In this document: positions 18,956 to 26,618 of the stretch, one piece after another | How positions within the stretch are numbered: position 1 is the first letter of the stretch | How the letters are laid out: each line of letters begins with the position of its first letter | Source of the DNA: a virus | Reading direction: 5' to 3' (one strand) | Virus record (IMG/VR): IMGVR_UViG_3300003886_000001 | Location: 32,001 to 96,000 of that record | DNA length: 64,000 nt | Made by a program: the position numbers and the translations under genes | The notes under the pieces: generated by a model | What the model saw: only the letters and a program-made list of their open reading frames with translations | Databases searched by the model: none | Told to the model about the DNA's origin: nothing

Positions 18956-19035
18956 AGTGGTGTATACCCTCCGTCTGATACACGGTAGAAAGGTTACTTG
19001 GTTCCAAGTTGGTTCGATTCCAACCACCACTACCA
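18956..19035 (+). tRNA. atypical tRNA-Ile(GAT) lacking a canonical D arm
   Basis: Perfect acceptor AGTGGTG/CACCACT + A-CCA, perfect T arm, CCGT-CTGATAC-ACGG; 8-nt 5' linker and 22-nt variable region. Confidence 0.7.
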
Positions 19036-19070
19036 CATATTTCTCATAAAAGTTTGGTCTATGATAAGGT

Positions 19071-19310
19071 TTGAAGGGAAGGGACATGGATAACCTTATA
19101 TTTACTGTAGACGAATTGGTTACTCACCTCATGAGCCTTAAAGGTAGAGGTATAATAACTGGCAAAGAACCCGTGTTGGATACTGGTTATTTTGGAATTA
19201 CGCACGTGGTCCGTCATATAGATGGAGAGGTTCCGGTCGTTACTTTAGAAAGTGATGAATTAAACGTAGCAGCCATAAAATCCGCCCCACAAAAAATGAC
19301 TTCACTTTAA
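19071..19310 (+). CDS. hypothetical protein
   Basis: After a TTCTCAT-N12 promoter; likely start ATG at 19086. Confidence 0.55.
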   Translation: MKGRDMDNLIFTVDELVTHLMSLKGRGIITGKEPVLDTGYFGITHVVRHIDGEVPVVTLESDELNVAAIKSAPQKMTSL

Positions 19311-20248
19311 TGGTTTGGAAAGTGTTTAAATCACGAATCAAGCTTTTTCCTCATCCTAATGCTGAAAGACTAGTTATTGGGAAGGTGGGAAAGTACCAGG
19401 TAGTAACACTTAAGGGACTTTATGTAGATTGTGAGGATGTTGTTTTTGTCCCAGCTAAATCTGTTCTTCCGGACGAATTAGCTAATGACTATAGGGAATA
19501 CTTAGGTGGTCCTGAAAAAAACCGTGTACGTGAAGTCTCCCTTCGGGGAGAAGTTTCCATGGGGATGGTTTTCAAGGTTGATGAAGTAACTAAAAACCTT
19601 CCCTATAAGGAAGATATAAGCGAGTTACTTGGTATTTATAAATACGAGCCCTCTATTCCAGTTAGTTTGTCTGGGGACGTACTCAAAATACCGAAGGGTA
19701 CCTTCTCACAGCATGACGTAGAAAGGTATAATAACGATTTTCGGGGCGATGAGGAAGTTTCCGTTACAGAGAAAATCCATGGTAGTCAAGTAATTTTAGG
19801 AAGGTCCAAGGAAGGGGAAATATTTGTAACCTCAAAAGGGTTGATGTCCCGTGGGCTGTCCTTAGTCGAGTCTGATAGAAATACCTATTGGAGGGCTGCC
19901 AGGAAATGGCTAGACGCAATCTCATATTTCTCACCTAGACATGATGTACAGTTTATTGGAGAGGTTGTTCCCGTACAGAAAGGATTTTCATATGGGTTTG
20001 ATACACCTACTATACTATTCTTTGATGTACGGGTTGATGGAGAAGGTGCAGCTAGGCATACTGGACTTTTATGGGTTCCCAGCATCTATAATGGACCTTT
20101 TTCCGGGGCTCCGCTAAACCCAAGTGGAAATGAGCAGGTGAGTGGAAAAGAAGTACATATAAAGGAAGGAATCGTAATAAAAGGAGAGAACGCAATAGTA
20201 AAAATTCTTAACAAGAAGTATAAAGAAACCGGAGAAGAGATAAGTTGA
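19310..20248 (+). CDS. RNA ligase, DRB0094/Rnl2-like with N-terminal OB-fold
   Basis: HPNAERL..GKVG.YQVV, LRGEVSMG, KYEP, TEKIHGSQ, FIGEVV, FFDV, KEGIVIK. Confidence 0.88.
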   Translation: MVWKVFKSRIKLFPHPNAERLVIGKVGKYQVVTLKGLYVDCEDVVFVPAKSVLPDELANDYREYLGGPEKNRVREVSLRGEVSMGMVFKVDEVTKNLPYKEDISELLGIYKYEPSIPVSLSGDVLKIPKGTFSQHDVERYNNDFRGDEEVSVTEKIHGSQVILGRSKEGEIFVTSKGLMSRGLSLVESDRNTYWRAARKWLDAISYFSPRHDVQFIGEVVPVQKGFSYGFDTPTILFFDVRVDGEGAARHTGLLWVPSIYNGPFSGAPLNPSGNEQVSGKEVHIKEGIVIKGENAIVKILNKKYKETGEEIS

Positions 20249-20273
20249 CAAGTGACCTAGAATGTGCTATTCT
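20245..20273 (+). promoter_or_regulatory. sigma70-type promoter, second tRNA block
   Basis: TTGACA-17-TATTCT with TG extension. Confidence 0.8.
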
Positions 20274-20281
20274 TTAGGCAT

Positions 20282-20357
20282 GCGGGTATAGACCAACGGC
20301 AGAGTCAAACGACTTAAAATCGTTTCAGTGTGGGTTCGAATCCCACTACCCGCACCA
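20282..20357 (+). tRNA. tRNA-Leu(TAA), short variable arm
   Basis: Loop CTTAAAA, 5-nt variable loop, CCA. Confidence 0.85.
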
Positions 20358-20434
20358 ATAGAGAGGAAAAGGCTCCATCCAAAACCCTTACCCAGGGTAC
20401 AGTGGTTAAAACCTCTTAAAAACCTTACTTTCTT

Positions 20435-20509
20435 ACGTCTGTAGTTCAATGGTCAGAACCTCCGGCTTATATCCGGCTAATCTGGGTTCGAATCCCGGCA
20501 GACGTACCA
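20435..20509 (+). tRNA. tRNA-Ile(TAT)
   Basis: Loop CTTATAT, A73, CCA. Confidence 0.85.
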
Positions 20510-20512
20510 CAA

Positions 20513-20587
20513 GCCCGGTTAGCGCAACGGAAGCGCGGCTGCCCTACAAGCAGTAGGTTATAGGTTCGAATCCTATACTGGGCACCA
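20513..20587 (+). tRNA. tRNA-Val(TAC), C33
   Basis: Loop CCTACAA, CCA. Confidence 0.82.
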
Positions 20588-20626
20588 ATAGAGGAAAAGG
20601 CGAACCTCTTTAAACACCTTCTCCAT

Positions 20627-20698
20627 TGCGGCGCGCCTAGGAGGTAGCACGGGCTCATACTCCGTTGCTCAAGGGTTCGATTCCCTTCGCCGCCACCA
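20627..20698 (+). tRNA. tRNA-Met(CAT), initiator-like, reduced D arm
   Basis: 1:72 mismatch, ACGGG-CTCATAC-TCCGT, CCA. Confidence 0.7.
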
Positions 20699-20699
20699 T

Positions 20700-20779
20700 C
20701 GCAGAGAGGAGGCTATTGGTTCGCCTCACGTGTCTCATACGCACGTTTAGTGTAAGTTCGATTCTTGCCTCTGCAACCA
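20700..20779 (+). tRNA. tRNA with CAT anticodon (Met or Ile2 unresolved)
   Basis: C1.A72 mismatch, loop CTCATAC, CCA. Confidence 0.78.
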
Positions 20780-20780
20780 T

Positions 20781-20828
20781 GTAAGCGTTTGGTAGACATA
20801 AACGTGGGTTCGAGTCCCACTGCTTGCA
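20781..20828 (+). pseudogene. anticodon-less tRNA-like element
   Basis: Acceptor GTAAGCG/TGCTTGC and T arm GTGGG-TTCGAGT-CCCAC joined by only 16 nt. Confidence 0.65.
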
Positions 20829-20837
20829 CTTTTTTAA

Positions 20838-20914
20838 GGTGTGATAGTTTAGCGGGCTAAAACACAAGGCTTTCAACCTTGTAGACACCGGTTCAAATCC
20901 GGTTCACACCACCA
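20838..20914 (+). tRNA. tRNA-Glu(TTC)
   Basis: Loop CTTTCAA, CCA. Confidence 0.88.
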
Positions 20915-20985
20915 GGTCCTTCTGGCATAATTGGATAAGGCATAGCCCTGCGAAGGCTAAGATTACAGGTTCGAGTCCTGTGGAT
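20915..20985 (+). pseudogene. tRNA-Arg(GCG) with broken acceptor stem
   Basis: Intact D, anticodon (CTGCGAA) and T arms; 3' acceptor truncated and fused to tRNA-Gly. Confidence 0.7.
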
Positions 20986-21059
20986 GCGAGGTTAGTTTAA
21001 CGGTAGAACTTCTCGTTGCCAACGAGAGGATGTGGGTTCGACTCCCTCCCTTCGCTCCA
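20986..21059 (+). tRNA. tRNA-Gly(GCC)
   Basis: Loop TTGCCAA, U73, CCA. Confidence 0.83.
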
Positions 21060-21060
21060 T

Positions 21061-21135
21061 GCTGGAATAGCTTAATTGGTAAAGCCTCCGTTTCGTAAAC
21101 GGGGAAATGTTGGTTCGAAGCCGACTTCCAGCCCC
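21061..21135 (+). tRNA. tRNA-Thr(CGT)
   Basis: Loop TTCGTAA; ends CCC and abuts the next tRNA. Confidence 0.85.
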
Positions 21136-21211
21136 GCTCGGATAGTTTCAGTTGGTAGAACGCTTCCTTGGTAAGGAAGAGGTCAGCGGTTCGAGCCCGC
21201 TTCCGAGCCCC
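21136..21211 (+). tRNA. tRNA-Thr(GGT)
   Basis: Loop TTGGTAA; ends CCC and abuts the next tRNA. Confidence 0.87.
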
Positions 21212-21287
21212 GCCCCGTTCGTCTAGTGGATAAGACGCCAGTCTTCTAAACTGGTAATCGTGGGTTCGAATCCTACACGGGGCACCA
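21212..21287 (+). tRNA. tRNA-Arg(TCT)
   Basis: Loop CTTCTAA, CCA. Confidence 0.88.
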
Positions 21288-21290
21288 TAT

Positions 21291-21366
21291 GGCTCTATGG
21301 TCTAACGGATAAGACGCCAGTCTTCGAAACTGGTAGATGTGGGTTCGACTCCTACTAGGGCCACCA
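21291..21366 (+). tRNA. tRNA-Arg(TCG)
   Basis: Loop CTTCGAA, CCA. Confidence 0.88.
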
Positions 21367-21369
21367 CAT

Positions 21370-21444
21370 GTTCCCATAGTTTAATGGATAGAATAAGGGT
21401 TTCCTAAACCTTTGATGTCGGTTCGATTCCGGCTGGGAACACCA
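21370..21444 (+). tRNA. tRNA-Arg(CCT)
   Basis: Loop TTCCTAA, CCA. Confidence 0.88.
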
Positions 21445-21459
21445 TTATAAGGAGGACAC

Positions 21460-21846
21460 GTGAGGGCTAAGCTACATTTTGATGGTTCTTTGGAGAGTTA
21501 CGGTTACGTGATTGAATCCGCCATCGTTACAGGGGACACTAGACGTGTCCCTTCTGATTTGAAGCAAACTAATAATGTAGCTGAGTATTTGGGGCTAATC
21601 GCGGGCCTTGAAACAGCCATAAACCTAGGAATAAGTGACATTGAAATTATAGGGGATTCAAAATTAGTAATCTACCAGGTAGAAGGTAGATATAAATGCC
21701 GGGCTAAACACCTAAAGCCTCTATTACACAAAGCGAAAAGACTATTGTCCCTAATGCCCAGTTACAACCTCAGGTGGGTCCCCAGGGCTGAAAATAGAGC
21801 AGATAACTATAGCCGGGTATGTCTTCAGAATTTTATTACAAATTAA
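21460..21846 (+). CDS. ribonuclease HI-family protein
   Basis: LHFDGS, TNNVAEYLGL, GDSKLVI, WVPRAENRADN. Confidence 0.88.
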   Translation: MRAKLHFDGSLESYGYVIESAIVTGDTRRVPSDLKQTNNVAEYLGLIAGLETAINLGISDIEIIGDSKLVIYQVEGRYKCRAKHLKPLLHKAKRLLSLMPSYNLRWVPRAENRADNYSRVCLQNFITN

Positions 21847-21901
21847 ACGCGTTCGTATATATGTCGTCCAGGACAGGGTTTCTAGCAATAACAAGGATAT
21901 C

Positions 21902-22102
21902 ATGGAAATTGACAAGGAAAAATCGGCAATGGTGCTAATAAACGCGATGAGGAACGAATTAAGAGCGGTTTTAGATTTTCCGGCAACTAATAAAAGCGAT
22001 GATTGGAGAAGCGAAGTAGAGATGACGATTAAAACTGCGGAGTTGTATATTTACCGTGTAGGACGACAAAAACCCAATTATATGAACTATGAGAATGCCT
22101 AA
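21902..22102 (+). CDS. hypothetical protein
   Basis: ORF with AGGA RBS. Confidence 0.5.
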   Translation: MEIDKEKSAMVLINAMRNELRAVLDFPATNKSDDWRSEVEMTIKTAELYIYRVGRQKPNYMNYENA

Positions 22103-22261
22103 TGATATTTTTAGCAATAATAGATTTTATTTTAGCTGTAATTTTAATATGGATGTTTCTAAATACTAAATCAAGAAGTTTAAGGTTTTTATTGCTATTA
22201 GGAGCGTTGGTAGAAGTGCTATCAGGAACATTGGAGATGTTGCATATAGTAGGTGTAGGAC

Positions 22262-22591
22262 ATGGTTTTTAAGAAATTGAAGACAGTTAATTTACAATTA
22301 AGATTTGGTAGGATATTGGATGATGATGAAGTTAATGTTGGATATAATAGCGTTAAATATGCATTTCTAGAATCCCATGGTAGTAAATTAGGACCTATAA
22401 AAAGTGTTAGGAGAGTATATGGAAATACCGTGGTGGACGTTGATTGTGACATTTTGGCGGGCCTTGTAGAAAAGGCTGAAAAGTATGTTAGAGAAGGTAC
22501 GCCAGAAAGAAAAACGGATAAGGTAGGAGAAATAGGAAGTAGGGCCTATAAAGGCATAGATACAACATTAGTTATTGAGGTGGGAGTATAA
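22262..22591 (+). CDS. hypothetical protein
   Basis: FGRILDDD motif shared with 22591..22746. Confidence 0.6.
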   Translation: MVFKKLKTVNLQLRFGRILDDDEVNVGYNSVKYAFLESHGSKLGPIKSVRRVYGNTVVDVDCDILAGLVEKAEKYVREGTPERKTDKVGEIGSRAYKGIDTTLVIEVGV

Positions 22592-22746
22592 TGAAGCTAA
22601 CTATTGAATTTGGTAGTATCCTTGACGACGACAGGTTAAAGAGCGCTTTGCAGGCCGTAAAAAGGGGTATGAAGGATTATGGTACATTTGATTACCGTTA
22701 TCGTTATACTAAACGATATCAGGGTAAAACGATAGTTAGAGTATGA
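22591..22746 (+). CDS. 51-aa paralog of 22262..22591
   Basis: MKLTIEFGSILDDDRL...; translated by hand, below the track cutoff. Confidence 0.55.
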   Translation: MKLTIEFGSILDDDRLKSALQAVKRGMKDYGTFDYRYRYTKRYQGKTIVRV

Positions 22747-23030
22747 TTATTAATAGAATAGAACCAATTATAAAAGAGAATTGGAAGTATTTACACCTTA
22801 ATCATGAAACAGGATATCTTTTACTTACAGGGGATGATTATTACGTCCCTGAGCCAATTAAACGATGGAGAGTCTATTTAGAAACCTTTGCTGATGCTAA
22901 CGCTCTTTTAGATGAAGTTACTCCGTTTGCACAACAAATGCTTGATAATTTAGCATATTTTGAAGCAAAAAACCAGATTAGTAAACTCTGTAGAAAAACT
23001 TTCGTAGACGCAGGTAAACCCTACTACTAA
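22743..23030 (+). CDS. LDxxTG..W..PFAQ paralog family member
   Basis: YLHLNHETGYL, RWRV, LLDEVTPFAQQMLD. Confidence 0.7.
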   Translation: MIINRIEPIIKENWKYLHLNHETGYLLLTGDDYYVPEPIKRWRVYLETFADANALLDEVTPFAQQMLDNLAYFEAKNQISKLCRKTFVDAGKPYY

Positions 23031-23264
23031 ACATACGAATCTATTAGATAGCCATTTCCTAAAACTAACTAAAGGTCCCCTTAGCACTCCTAAGAGTGCA
23101 AACTAATTTAACCTAATTTATGTAGCTATTATTTAGCGCCCTGGGAAGGTGCGTTATTTATTTACGGCGAATCCTAGTGGGTAACGCCACGCCCTGTCAG
23201 TCCTCTACATGTGCTTAGTAATAACTATCTACTAGTTTAGCCTATCTATATGAACAACGCAAAC

Positions 23265-23293
23265 TTGACATATAGGTATGAGGGTGCTATACT
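23265..23293 (+). promoter_or_regulatory. sigma70-type promoter, third tRNA block
   Basis: TTGACA-17-TATACT with TG extension. Confidence 0.85.
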
Positions 23294-23301
23294 ACCTACA
23301 T

Positions 23302-23388
23302 GCGGAAGTGGTGTAATGGTAGCCACGCAGGTCTTAGGAACCTGTGCCCGTAATGGGCGTGAGGGTTCAAGTCCCTCCTTCCGCACCA
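23302..23388 (+). tRNA. tRNA-Leu(TAG)
   Basis: Long variable arm, loop CTTAGGA, CCA. Confidence 0.92.
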
Positions 23389-23391
23389 TAT

Positions 23392-23465
23392 GAGTAGTTG
23401 GCCGAAAGGATAGGCAGGTGTCTGCAAAACACCCTACGTTGGTTCGATTCCAGCACTGCTCTCCA
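23392..23465 (+). tRNA. tRNA-Cys(GCA)
   Basis: Loop CTGCAAA, U73, CCA. Confidence 0.88.
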
Positions 23466-23469
23466 TTAT

Positions 23470-23543
23470 TGCTCGGTGGTGAAAGGGTATCACAACTGAC
23501 TTTGAATCAGTTATTGCGGGTTCGAATCCTGCCCGGGCATCCA
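23470..23543 (+). tRNA. tRNA-Gln(TTG)
   Basis: U1-A72, loop CTTTGAA, CCA. Confidence 0.88.
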
Positions 23544-23705
23544 AAAAGAACAAAGCAAATCTGGTAAATAGAAAACCTAAAGGGTAAGATGCCTCGATAA
23601 CCGAGGTATTAAATAAGAACCTGTCGTAGACATGAACTCTACCGATATTTAGGCAAGCCTAAAAAATAAGGAACGTCTCTACGACCCTCTCAGAGTTTGG
23701 TACAT

Positions 23706-23736
23706 AAAAGAAGCACCTTTTTAGGTGCTTTTCTTT
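23706..23736. terminator. bidirectional intrinsic terminator
   Basis: AAGCACCT-TTTT-AGGTGCTT flanked by A and T runs, between convergent units. Confidence 0.8.
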
Positions 23737-23888
23737 ACTATAATTAAGCCGATAATTGCTAATGTTACGATTATTAACAGGGCCGGAAAATGGCCGGCCG
23801 TCCAAAGAGTAATGAGGACAAATCCTCCTAGAAATGTAAGTAATATCACTATTACAACCAGTGTGGCAACCCATCCAAAGACATACAT
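23721..23888 (-). CDS. small membrane protein (55 aa)
   Basis: MYVFGWVATLVVIVILL...; translated by hand. Confidence 0.6.
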   Translation of the reverse strand: MYVFGWVATLVVIVILLTFLGGFVLITLWTAGHFPALLIIVTLAIIGLIIVKKST

Positions 23889-24107
23889 TTATTCCTCCAA
23901 AACTATGAAAATTAGAAGAATGAAGAAGGAACCAAAGGCTACCACAAAGTCAATAATCATTTCCACCTCTCTTCAACCATGACACCTATGATGATAAGTC
24001 CGAGCCCTACCACAAGCCCTCCAAGCATGGCTAACACGGAGCCTGTCAGGGCGGTAGCTATACCTATGAACACCACCACAGATACATATAGGACCGACAC
24101 TATTAGT

Positions 24108-24374
24108 TTAACCACTATGAGAGTCCAACACTTCTTGGATTGCTACCACTGCTGGGGGAACAAAGATTGCCAGAGAGATTCCTCCGAGGAAGAACAGGAC
24201 CCAGAAGTATGAAACCCCGAAAAACAGCGGTAGGTTACCAAACCCAATGATAATTCCGGCTATAATAAGCCCTACAAACGCTATGGCTGATAGCTGTATG
24301 ACATATACAGCCACTACCATTAGTTTATTTAATACGAGCTTGTTTAAGATTTCGGTCACCATTTTTTCCATCAT
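24108..24374 (-). CDS. small membrane protein
   Basis: Hydrophobic helices; GGAG RBS. Confidence 0.6.
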   Translation of the reverse strand: MMEKMVTEILNKLVLNKLMVVAVYVIQLSAIAFVGLIIAGIIIGFGNLPLFFGVSYFWVLFFLGGISLAIFVPPAVVAIQEVLDSHSG

Positions 24375-24392
24375 TTACTTCTCCTTATCTAA

Positions 24393-25154
24393 TCAGTGAG
24401 TAAACACTACTTTGGCGTCTGGTCCACGATGCAACCGCCAAGTTGAGCCATCAAATGAAGGTAAGTACCCTGCAAGCCACAAGGTGCGTAGACTAGCCCA
24501 TGGATTGGGTCGGCTAATCCCTTTCCAAGATGCTATACTTGGGAAGAGACTGCCTATGTAACCTGTTGCGCCTATGGAATCATCTCTTATTGAATCCCCG
24601 ACCGAATTCCGTACCGCACCCACCACTGAGTCACCAATTGGATACCACACCGAGTTCCATACCGAACCCCATACCGAACTCCACATTGAGTTTCGTATTG
24701 TATGTAGCACCGATTCCCACACTGGGACCTCTGATAAATCCCACACGGTTGCCACCCAGTCTGCGAGTAGGGTGTGCAACCTGTCCTTTGGCAACTCTGG
24801 TCCATTTACAAACAGGGGATTGATAGGATGGTTAGCTTCATACAGCCAAAACTTAGCCAACCTGTTCTGCTCCTCAGCGCTGATAATGCTAACCGGTAGA
24901 CACTCACTAACACGTGTTGATGTTTCATCCGCAGTAATGATGTGTTGTGGTTGTACCTCAACTTGTAGGTACTCACTTGAGCTACCCTGATACCGAACAG
25001 CATTCCAGAAGGTATGAGCTACATGTAAACCTGTTCCGCAAGTGCCTTTTTCGGGTGGGTCGGGATTAGCGACATGTAGTGGTTTACCTATCTCCCACTG
25101 TGTTTTCTTATCGTAGTAGCTAGTCATATCAAGTGTCACAGCTTTGTAATACAC
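24393..25154 (-). CDS. hypothetical protein with 4-residue SVW-type repeats
   Basis: CGTGLH N-terminal motif; SVWGSVWNSVW low-complexity tract. Confidence 0.75.
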   Translation of the reverse strand: MYYKAVTLDMTSYYDKKTQWEIGKPLHVANPDPPEKGTCGTGLHVAHTFWNAVRYQGSSSEYLQVEVQPQHIITADETSTRVSECLPVSIISAEEQNRLAKFWLYEANHPINPLFVNGPELPKDRLHTLLADWVATVWDLSEVPVWESVLHTIRNSMWSSVWGSVWNSVWYPIGDSVVGAVRNSVGDSIRDDSIGATGYIGSLFPSIASWKGISRPNPWASLRTLWLAGYLPSFDGSTWRLHRGPDAKVVFTH

Positions 25155-25480
25155 GATTTACTTCTCCTTTGTATTTCATTTTTCCATGAAAGGGCGTGAA
25201 CTTCGCCGACTCCCCAAAGAACTACTACGGTATGGTTTTCAATACCATCGGTATACTCCTTCTCTATAATCCTGTCCTCAGTAATACAGGTGGTCTCAGT
25301 TTCACCGTTTCCCCACCAGATATTGATGGGGCCTTTCCCGTATAGGTACAAACTAATACCTGTTAGTTCATTAGCGAATACCGACCATAATGAGTCCTTG
25401 TTATAGTTCTTTTCAAGCCACAATACCAACCCCTCATCCCCAGCTACTTCAAGGTCTTCCAGAGCGTCTTTAATGGTCAT
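25136..25480 (-). CDS. hypothetical protein
   Basis: ORF within the minus-strand operon. Confidence 0.55.
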   Translation of the reverse strand: MTIKDALEDLEVAGDEGLVLWLEKNYNKDSLWSVFANELTGISLYLYGKGPINIWWGNGETETTCITEDRIIEKEYTDGIENHTVVVLWGVGEVHALSWKNEIQRRSKSCITKL

Positions 25481-25503
25481 GACCTATAGTAACAAAGTCA
25501 TAT

Positions 25504-25683
25504 CTAAGAAGTATGATAGAAGAGGACAATTCCCGCTATGGCTATAAGGATGGTAAGGATAGCTGCCTCCCCCAGGATTAAGAAGGAGGAATTAATCGCC
25601 GACAAAACGAGCAACACCACAATAGCGATAAATAAAACAGCTGAAATACCAAGGGCTAGTAGCTTAATTAGGTCGACTAACAT
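25504..25683 (-). CDS. small membrane protein (59 aa)
   Basis: MLVDLIKLLALGISAVLF...; GGAGG RBS; downstream of TTCTCAT-N12-TATAAT. Confidence 0.6.
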   Translation of the reverse strand: MLVDLIKLLALGISAVLFIAIVVLLVLSAINSSFLILGEAAILTILIAIAGIVLFYHTS

Positions 25684-25896
25684 ACTGTTCCTCCACTTTC
25701 TATTATATTACCATCATACATGAGAAACATGAGTTCTCATACTTCTCATTAAAGTATGGGGTATCCTTGTTTTGTAAGTAGGGAGGTTAATGTAACGCTT
25801 CCCGGAGGTATGGGAGGCACCCCGTTAGAAGCCTCCTCCCCTGAGGTGTCTCCCTAGGATAGGGCACCTCGGGGATTCCTTTAGGAGGAGAGATTT

Positions 25897-26196
25897 ATGC
25901 CTTGGATAATAAAAGTACCGTTTCTTGTCCCTACGTGGGCTGCTGCCCAGACTTGGGGACCAATTATTTTGGTAAATAATAGGTATGCACTTACCACTAA
26001 AACCTTAGCACATGAATTGAGACACTATGTCCAGAGCATGTGGTTTGGTTTTATCCTGTGGCCCGCAGCTTACCTAGTTGCCTGGGCTATCGGGGGGTTT
26101 TCTTATCGCAATAATTGGTTCGAGAAGGATGCTAGAAACCATTCTGTTGACCCCCGTTATGTTAAGTGGGCTCAAAACACCAAATATCCTGTATGA
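25897..26196 (+). CDS. putative zinc metallopeptidase (HExxH; DUF4157-like)
   Basis: AQTWGP.I, LAHELRHYVQ, distal FEKDA. Confidence 0.7.
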   Translation: MPWIIKVPFLVPTWAAAQTWGPIILVNNRYALTTKTLAHELRHYVQSMWFGFILWPAAYLVAWAIGGFSYRNNWFEKDARNHSVDPRYVKWAQNTKYPV

Positions 26197-26618
26197 ACAC
26201 CAAACTTAAATGCCTTTGTAGTGCCTTTGAGTAGGATGTCCACTGCCTTTGTGTAGCGTGGGTTCATGGTGTCCCATACAATACCCTTCATCAGGAGCTT
26301 GCCGTTGTTATCATATACGGCAACTTTTATTCCGCATAGTTTCTTCCCGTTTCTAAAGAACAAGTCCTGGCTTAATGCTACTTGATGGGGAAGATTCGGC
26401 CCGCAACTAGCGATACTGGGGCTGGAGTCAGTCTGGTTTTCCACGGGATTATATGCCGTGATACGCCTAAGCCTGATAATAGGGGGTAATTGTGCGGTAG
26501 GGTGGACGATGAGGCTTTTGGCTAAGGTAACATCAACTCCCATGGGGGGTATTTGTCTAGACCATAGCAGAGTAGTAAGGCCTAGCATGATTACCAGTAG
26601 TGCAGCCATTCTAAGCAT
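26172..26618 (-). CDS. 3D-domain cell-wall protein with N-terminal signal/TM segment
   Basis: ITAYN..QTD, VALSQDL, WDTMN, VDIL. Confidence 0.8.
   Translation of the reverse strand: MLRMAALLVIMLGLTTLLWSRQIPPMGVDVTLAKSLIVHPTAQLPPIIRLRRITAYNPVENQTDSSPSIASCGPNLPHQVALSQDLFFRNGKKLCGIKVAVYDNNGKLLMKGIVWDTMNPRYTKAVDILLKGTTKAFKFGVHTGYLVF

Noticed and set aside
20590-20620. preQ1-I riboswitch
   Set aside because: Similar AGAGG/CCTCT pseudoknot layout, but the loop lacks the preQ1-binding consensus and there is no downstream gene to regulate.
17189-20888. Track ORFs overlapping the tRNA genes (e.g. 17189, 17550, 17834, 17879, 18058, 18416, 18600, 18884, 20267, 20467, 20655)
   Set aside because: Shadow ORFs across well-formed tRNA genes.
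17005-23543. Stop-codon reassignment
   Set aside because: No suppressor anticodon; long genes read normally in code 11.
23550-23610. c-di-GMP-I riboswitch (GCAAA...)
   Set aside because: Lacks the GNRA/receptor pair and P1 consensus; not upstream of a gene.
24574-24990. Antisense ORFs with repeated PTEF/RYG motifs
   Set aside because: Mirror of the SVW repeat tract in the real minus-strand gene 24393..25154.
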